From Candidatus Zixiibacteriota bacterium (GTDB taxonomy: Bacteria; Zixibacteria; MSB-5A5; CAIYYT01), in the NCBI GenBank assembly GCA_040235515.1, contig JBECKX010000110.1, forward strand, positions 1 to 20,475: 20,475 nt of DNA, in the 5' to 3' direction. Under the pieces are notes generated by a model. It was not told where the DNA came from. It saw nothing but the letters and a program-made list of their open reading frames with translations, and ran no database searches. Both the position numbers and the translations under genes were made by a program. Positions within the stretch are counted from its first letter, which is position 1; the number at the start of each line of letters is the position of its first letter. Shown piece by piece: positions 15,200 through 20,475 of this stretch.

Positions 15200-16603
15200 T
15201 CAGCTTCCGAAGCCTCCAGCCTCTGAGGGTTGCTTTTCCGCAGTCTTCTCGAAGTACTTTTTCCCGACCAGATAGGCAATCCAGAGCCAGACCACAACCA
15301 GGGCCAGATTGACGATTGCGACTTCGGTAACACCTTTCATCAACCAATCGGCGACAACAAACACAACGACGGCTGAGAGCACATCGCCGGCGCGCTGGAA
15401 GAAACTGTCGATCGCAACCTTCGCCTTGTACTTCTCCTCGCGCGTAGTGGGCAGGAAAAGCATCTGGCGGACGGTATTGTTCAGCGAGTAATCTGTCGCG
15501 TTCTCCGCGGTCTTTGCCCAGCGGATCAAAGAGAAGATCGGTGCTATTGCGATCAGGGAGTAGCTGGCCAGCGCCAGGAAGGGGAGAATCAACACTGCGA
15601 TCCGCACACCGAGGTATTTGATGATCCTGGAGACGAAGAAAAGCTGGAGGATGAAGCCGGCAAGATTGACCCAGAAGAAGAAGTCACCGTAGAATTCCGA
15701 GATATAGATGCCGCGTGCCTCTTTGATGCCGGCCTCCGTGCCATCCAGCATCGCCGTGGCCTTGTTCGCGGCAGTCACAACTACGTCCCCGAGGATGAAC
15801 TCACCGTTGGTATTGACCCAGTTCAGCAGCAACACCAACAATGCGATCAGCAGGAGGTAGCGGCGTTTGAAGATCAGTTTGAAAGCATCTCCTTTGCTGA
15901 TTGACTCCTTGGCTTCAGCGGATCTGGCCGCAGATGTTCTTCTTGCCGCAGCCCGGCTCTCGCGCCGGTCAACCAGGTTCGAGATCAGCATCGCAATGAC
16001 CAGAATGGCCGCAGCCAGCAAGAGCATCTGAGCGTTGCCGATGGCAGTTACGATCTTCCCGGCGATATATGAGCCGGCGACTGCACCGGCTGAAGCGCCG
16101 AAAGCAACGATGACAAAGAGCCGTTCTCCCTTTTCGGTAGAATAGAGATCATTGGCAAACGCCCAGAACAAGCTGATGACTACCAGGCTGAAGATGCCTA
16201 CCCAGACAAAGTAGATCACGCCAAGCAGCGTCAGCTTGGCGACCGCCATGAAGTAGAACAGGACGAAGCAGAGCACAAAGAAGAGGGTGACATAGTTGAT
16301 CAGTTTCTTGCGATCAAGACGCGCAGCGAGCCAGGAATAGACCGGTATCACGACCGCGCCAATCAAGACAGTTTGAAAGGCTGAGGAATAGGACTTTACG
16401 ATCGCCCCAAACTCACTCAGGATCAGCCCCTCACGAACAACCTTGGCGATATAGTAGGATGCCAGTACCAGAAAGATGTTGAGCGTCAGGAGTAGAGCGG
16501 TTCCGGCTTCACCCGGCTTAACCTCGGTGAATAGACTGAGGAACTTCTCTAAGAGATTCTTCTCGGATTTGTTTTCTGCGTTCCCGTCCGGGGTGTTGTT
16601 CAC
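15200..16603 (-). CDS. Nucleotide transporter, NTT/TLC (Npt1/Npt2, ATP:ADP antiporter) family, stand-alone membrane domain
   Basis: 467 aa, about 12 TM segments. Motifs YYIAKVVREGLIL, FWAFANDLYSTEKGERLF, ENATDYSLNNTVRQMLFLP and KYKAKVAIDSFFQRAGD. The GTG start overlaps the upstream TGA (GTGA) and has a GGAG SD. Confidence 0.85.
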   Translation of the reverse strand: MNNTPDGNAENKSEKNLLEKFLSLFTEVKPGEAGTALLLTLNIFLVLASYYIAKVVREGLILSEFGAIVKSYSSAFQTVLIGAVVIPVYSWLAARLDRKKLINYVTLFFVLCFVLFYFMAVAKLTLLGVIYFVWVGIFSLVVISLFWAFANDLYSTEKGERLFVIVAFGASAGAVAGSYIAGKIVTAIGNAQMLLLAAAILVIAMLISNLVDRRESRAAARRTSAARSAEAKESISKGDAFKLIFKRRYLLLIALLVLLLNWVNTNGEFILGDVVVTAANKATAMLDGTEAGIKEARGIYISEFYGDFFFWVNLAGFILQLFFVSRIIKYLGVRIAVLILPFLALASYSLIAIAPIFSLIRWAKTAENATDYSLNNTVRQMLFLPTTREEKYKAKVAIDSFFQRAGDVLSAVVVFVVADWLMKGVTEVAIVNLALVVVWLWIAYLVGKKYFEKTAEKQPSEAGGFGS

Positions 16604-17688
16604 TGGTTCTCCGGTTTCTGATCTGCGGATCTATCAGCGGACCTATCAGCGTTTGATTGCATTCTGATGTCGTGAATATCTGCAATATCTGCGCCCGGTG
16701 CCACAAGCCCGACCACCGACGCCAGGCCGTAGGTGAAGTGCAGAAGAAAGAAACAGAACGGAATCACGGCCACCTGCCACCACCAGCGTCGCTTGACGCA
16801 AATCTGGATTGCAGCTCCCAGCGCCAGCAGCGCATAGAGTCCGGCCAGTATCAGGAAGAGAGGTCGGATGCCCGGCAGGAGTAGCGCCGCCGCGCTCACC
16901 ACTACTGCTGAGATTACGAACACCATCGGGATGAAGTGCCGCAGATGGTAACCACGCTTACCTCGTCGGGTGAGCATGACGTTCCAGAAACCATTCAGCC
17001 ACGCCTGCCTCAGCAGGGCGGACAGGGTGTTGCGGCAGAGGTAGGTTGGGTTGATCTCGGCATTCATGTACGATTTATGGCCCGCCTCCTGCAGACGCTG
17101 GTGCAGCTCGTTATCCTGGTTGCGTGGCAGCGACTCGTTCCATCCTCCGACTTCCTCCAGCGCGGACTTGCGATAGAGGGCCATTGTTACGGCGAAGACC
17201 CAGTCTGACTTGTCCCCGACGCGGTGCTCGCCACCGCCGACGCCGAAGGTATGAGAAAGCACGGCGGCATTGATCCGCCCCATCGGCGTGGTACCGACTG
17301 TGTGCAGCTTACCTCCGACCGCCGCCGCGCCGACGCGCTTCATCGTTTCCACGCAGCGAGCCACATGCGTTGCCTCGAGGATCGTGTGCCCCGAAGTCCA
17401 GAGCAGCAGTTCATGACGTGCGGCTTTCAGCCCGATGTTCATCCCCGCCGAGGTTATTCTGCGTGGATTTTTGAGGAGTCGGACGCGATCATCCCGCGTC
17501 GCCCAGGCGTTGATCCGTTGCACGGTATCGTCGTCCGAGTCACCATCCACGAAGATAAACTCCAGCGAGTCGCGCGGATAGGCCTGTTGCAGCAGCGATT
17601 CGATGCAGCGGTCGATCTCTCGTGCTTCGTTGCGGACGGCGACTACCACAGAGACTCCCGGAAAATCATTGTTAGTATTCTGATCCAT
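16600..17688 (-). CDS. Glycosyltransferase family 2, succinoglycan ExoA-like, with C-terminal TM helices
   Basis: 362 aa. Motifs SVVVAVRNE, VDGDSDDDT, SAGMNIG, GGWNESLPRNQDNELHQRL, RQAWLNGFW, RHFIP and LHFTYG, then two to three hydrophobic C-terminal segments. Confidence 0.9.
   Translation of the reverse strand: MDQNTNNDFPGVSVVVAVRNEAREIDRCIESLLQQAYPRDSLEFIFVDGDSDDDTVQRINAWATRDDRVRLLKNPRRITSAGMNIGLKAARHELLLWTSGHTILEATHVARCVETMKRVGAAAVGGKLHTVGTTPMGRINAAVLSHTFGVGGGEHRVGDKSDWVFAVTMALYRKSALEEVGGWNESLPRNQDNELHQRLQEAGHKSYMNAEINPTYLCRNTLSALLRQAWLNGFWNVMLTRRGKRGYHLRHFIPMVFVISAVVVSAAALLLPGIRPLFLILAGLYALLALGAAIQICVKRRWWWQVAVIPFCFFLLHFTYGLASVVGLVAPGADIADIHDIRMQSNADRSADRSADQKPENQ
16618..16653 (-). repeat. 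Three imperfect 12-nt tandem repeats in the GT2 C-terminal tail
   Basis: Plus strand CTGATCTGCGGA / TCTATCAGCGGA / CCTATCAGCGTT, encoding NADRSADRSADQ on the minus strand. Confidence 0.6.
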
Positions 17689-17858
17689 CAGGTTGCATAT
17701 ATAGCAAGGTTCAACTGCGAAGTCCAGCGCCGCGGCGGACAGCGTCCCCGGATATGGCAGATCGAGAAATCTTCAAACCGGCCACCGGCTCGGTCGCGTT
17801 TCTATTTCAAAGCCGGGGAAGAACATAGAGCGGCAAATTGAGATACCAAGGACTAAAG

Positions 17859-19505
17859 ATGAATGCTGCCGAATTATTCGTTAAATGCCTGGAAGCGGAG
17901 GGCGTTGAGTATGTCTTCGGGCTACCGGGCGAGGAAAACGCCAACCTGATGATGGCGCTTGATCGTTCGTCGATCAAATTTATCCTGACACGGCATGAAC
18001 AGGGGGCGGCTTTCATGGCTTACGCCTATGGTCGACTGACCGGGAAAGCGGGGTTTTGTCTTGGAACGCTGGGACCGGGCGCGACCAACCTGATGACGGG
18101 TGTGGCGGATGCCAACATGGATCGTTCGCCCGTTGTGGTGATTACCGGCCAGGCCGATTTCAAACGCCAGCACAAGGAATCGCACCAGAATATGGATGTT
18201 GTGCGGATGTTCCAGCCGGTCACCAAGTGGGCTTCTCCCGTGCTGCATCCCGACACCGTGCCGGAGGTCGTGCGCAAGGCGGTGAAGCTGGCCGAAGCTG
18301 AGAAGCCGGGTGCATGTCATATCGAACTCGCGGAAGATATCGCCGCCGCCGACTCCTCCTGCGAGCCGATTCCGCCGATCAAAATTCGTCGCGCTGTGCC
18401 GGATGACAAAATCGTCAACCAGGCCATGGAGTTACTCCGCGGCGCCCGGCGCCCTGTGATTCTGGCGGGCAACGGTGCGATCCGTAAGCGCGCCGCCACA
18501 CAACTGCGGCGATTCGTTGAAGCGACCGGTATCGGCGTCATCAGCACCTTCATGGGCAAGGGTGCGATCCCGCGCAGCCTGGAGCAGTGTCTATTCACGA
18601 TCGGCTTGCAATCGAAGGATCTCGTTGCCTGTGCGATCGATGCAGCCGACGTTGTGATCACCCTCGGTTATGACCTGGTGGAGTATCACCCACGCTTCTG
18701 GAACGGCTCGATCGACAAGAAGATCATCCATATCGATTTCCAGCCGGCTGAGGTTGACGAGTATTACCGGATCGATGTCGAGATCGTCGGTGACCTGGGG
18801 CACACACTCTGGATGTTCAACGAACGGATCGCCGCCGAACCATTGCGTTTCGATATCCGTCAACATAAATCGGTGCGCGCCGGGATGATGGAGGACTTCT
18901 CCGAGTACAAGGATGATGACGCCAGGGGTATGCTCAAGCCGCAGAAGGTGCTCTGGGATGTGAGGGAAGTGATGGGGCCGGAGGATATCCTCCTCAGCGA
19001 TGTCGGTGCGCACAAAATGTGGATTGCACGCTATTATCACTGCGATGAACCGAACACCTGCCTGATCCCGAATGGATTTTGCTCGATGGGATTTGCCTTC
19101 CCCGGCGCGATCGCGGCAAAGCTCGTTCATCCTGACCGGCGCATTCTGGCGATCTGCGGCGACGGCGGTTTCCTGATGAATGTTCAGGAGATGGAGACTG
19201 CGAAGCGGCTTGGCACCAATATCGTCGTGATGGTCTGGGAGGATGGCGGCTATGGATTGATCTCATGGAAGCAGGAGGCTCAGTTCAATCGCCATACAAA
19301 TCTCTCGTTCGGCAATCCTGATTTCGGCAAGCTGGCTGACTCCTTCGGCTGGAAATCATTCAGAGTTGAAAACTCACAGGAACTGAAAACCACTCTCGAA
19401 GCTGCATTTGCTTGTGACTCCCCGGCGCTGGTGGTTGTCCCGATCGATTACCGGGAGAATTTGAAGTTAACAGAACGGCTGGGAAAAATCGTCTGCCCGA
19501 TATAG
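17859..19505 (+). CDS. ThDP-dependent enzyme of the acetolactate synthase large-subunit family; probable 2-oxoglutarate decarboxylase (OgdA-like)
   Basis: Start ATG at 17859 after AAGGA, 548 aa. Motifs FGLPGEEN, RHEQGAAFMA, TLGPGATN, ESHQ, DVGAHKMWIAR, PNTCLIPNG and the ThDP motif GDGGFLMN...D. No small regulatory subunit gene follows. The family assignment is firm, the substrate is inferred. Confidence 0.85.
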   Translation: MNAAELFVKCLEAEGVEYVFGLPGEENANLMMALDRSSIKFILTRHEQGAAFMAYAYGRLTGKAGFCLGTLGPGATNLMTGVADANMDRSPVVVITGQADFKRQHKESHQNMDVVRMFQPVTKWASPVLHPDTVPEVVRKAVKLAEAEKPGACHIELAEDIAAADSSCEPIPPIKIRRAVPDDKIVNQAMELLRGARRPVILAGNGAIRKRAATQLRRFVEATGIGVISTFMGKGAIPRSLEQCLFTIGLQSKDLVACAIDAADVVITLGYDLVEYHPRFWNGSIDKKIIHIDFQPAEVDEYYRIDVEIVGDLGHTLWMFNERIAAEPLRFDIRQHKSVRAGMMEDFSEYKDDDARGMLKPQKVLWDVREVMGPEDILLSDVGAHKMWIARYYHCDEPNTCLIPNGFCSMGFAFPGAIAAKLVHPDRRILAICGDGGFLMNVQEMETAKRLGTNIVVMVWEDGGYGLISWKQEAQFNRHTNLSFGNPDFGKLADSFGWKSFRVENSQELKTTLEAAFACDSPALVVVPIDYRENLKLTERLGKIVCPI

Positions 19506-19559
19506 ATTACAGCGACAGTTCTCTGTTGAATAATTTGAGTTAGAGAGAGAGAAGTAATC

Positions 19560-20475
19560 ATGCTCAGAGAGAAGTACCCATATTACCTGGCGAACAAGCC
19601 GGTTCAAGCCAACACTGATCTCGAAGTATTGAACAAATACACCGGAGAAGTTGCAACCCGCGTGGCGCTGGCTGATGCAAGCGTGATTGATGAAGCGATC
19701 ACCAGAGCCGAGGCAGCCCTGGAGGCGATGCGCAAACTTCCCGCCTACAAGAGACAGCAGATACTCTATCACTGTGAAGATCGATTTATCGAACGGGCCG
19801 AGGAACTGGCCGAATCGCTCTGTATCGAAGCAGGCAAGCCGATCAAGGATAGTCGCGGGGAAGTGAGCCGTCTGATCGACACTTTTCGTATCGCAGCGGA
19901 GGAATCGGTTCGCATTACGGGTGAAGTGTTACCGATGGACATTTCCGAACGCGCCAGGGGCTATACCGGCATGTGGAAGCGAGTGCCGATTGGAGTCTGT
20001 TCCTTCATTTCACCTTTCAACTTCCCATTGAATCTCGCGGCGCACAAGGTTGCTCCGGCGCTGGCTGTCGGCTGTCCATTCATACTCAAGCCCGCGAGCC
20101 TGACGCCGATCGGGGCATTGATCATTGGTGAAGTATTGGCGGAAACCGACCTGCCGGAGGGAGCATTTTCGATCCTGCCGTGTCATCGCGATGGCGCGGC
20201 TCTCTTCACGGAAGATCCCAGGCCCAAGCTGCTCAGCTTCACCGGCTCACCCGAAGTGGGCTGGCAGTTGAAGGAGAAGGCTGGGAAAAAGAAGGTAATT
20301 CTGGAGCTGGGTGGCAATGCGGGCTGCATAGTGGATGAGGACGCTGACCTCGACGACGCGGTACAGCGGATTGTCGTCGGCGCCTTCTACCAATCGGGAC
20401 AAAGCTGCATCAGCGTTCAGCGGCTACTGATCCACGAAAAGATCTACGACCGCTTCAAGACTATGCTTGTTGAAG
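19560..20475 (+). CDS. Aldehyde dehydrogenase, ALDH21/RNP123-like (partial, runs off the right edge; not in the ORF track)
   Basis: Open frame from ATG 19560: MLREKYPYYLANKP...EAGKPIKDSRGEVSR...PIGVCSFISPFNFPLNL...LKPAS...FTGSPEVG...LELGGNA (catalytic Glu)...FYQSGQSCIS (catalytic Cys). Confidence 0.93.
   Translation, partial: MLREKYPYYLANKPVQANTDLEVLNKYTGEVATRVALADASVIDEAITRAEAALEAMRKLPAYKRQQILYHCEDRFIERAEELAESLCIEAGKPIKDSRGEVSRLIDTFRIAAEESVRITGEVLPMDISERARGYTGMWKRVPIGVCSFISPFNFPLNLAAHKVAPALAVGCPFILKPASLTPIGALIIGEVLAETDLPEGAFSILPCHRDGAALFTEDPRPKLLSFTGSPEVGWQLKEKAGKKKVILELGGNAGCIVDEDADLDDAVQRIVVGAFYQSGQSCISVQRLLIHEKIYDRFKTMLVE

Noticed and set aside
13728..15347. Antisense ORFs 13728-13913, 14094-14777 and 14838-15347
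   Set aside because: They overlap the well-supported CoA-transferase and NTT genes and have no motifs or ribosome-binding sites.
17224..17841. 205-aa plus-strand ORF
   Set aside because: It is mostly antisense to the GT2 gene, Arg-rich and shadow-like in composition.
17838..17858. TTG start for the ThDP enzyme
   Set aside because: ATG 17859 has an AAGGA SD and matches the family N-terminus MNxAEL.
1..20475. CRISPR arrays, tRNA/rRNA genes, transposases/integrases, defence systems, programmed frameshifts or in-frame Sec/Pyl codons
   Set aside because: I saw no regularly spaced repeat-spacer pattern, cloverleaf, recombinase motif or interrupted reading frame. The intergenic gaps are all under 300 nt.

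Overview
Bacterial chromosomal window, mostly housekeeping and metabolic genes. It probably comes from candidate division Zixibacteria; this is inferred only from the style of a C-terminal dockerin-like repeat. Minus strand, in transcription order: DHA2-type MFS exporter, bacterioferritin, a sensor-less HisKA_3 histidine kinase with its NarL/FixJ response regulator, an Amt ammonium transporter, and a TorF-like outer-membrane protein that runs off the left edge. Plus strand: metH-metF, a 955-aa secreted protein (two beta-helix modules, Ig/FN3-like domains, dockerin-like repeat) and an acetyl-CoA hydrolase/transferase. Then a minus-strand, translationally coupled ExoA-like GT2 glycosyltransferase and NTT/TLC-family nucleotide transporter. 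The window ends with a plus-strand ThDP enzyme resembling cyanobacterial 2-oxoglutarate decarboxylase and an ALDH21-like dehydrogenase that runs off the right edge. I saw no tRNA, rRNA, CRISPR array or mobile element. Best leads: (1) the input-less kinase/regulator-Amt-porin module with a candidate activator site, (2) a probable 2-oxoglutarate decarboxylase/SSADH TCA bypass, (3) the GT2-NTT pair. All family assignments come from motif recognition, not database searches.
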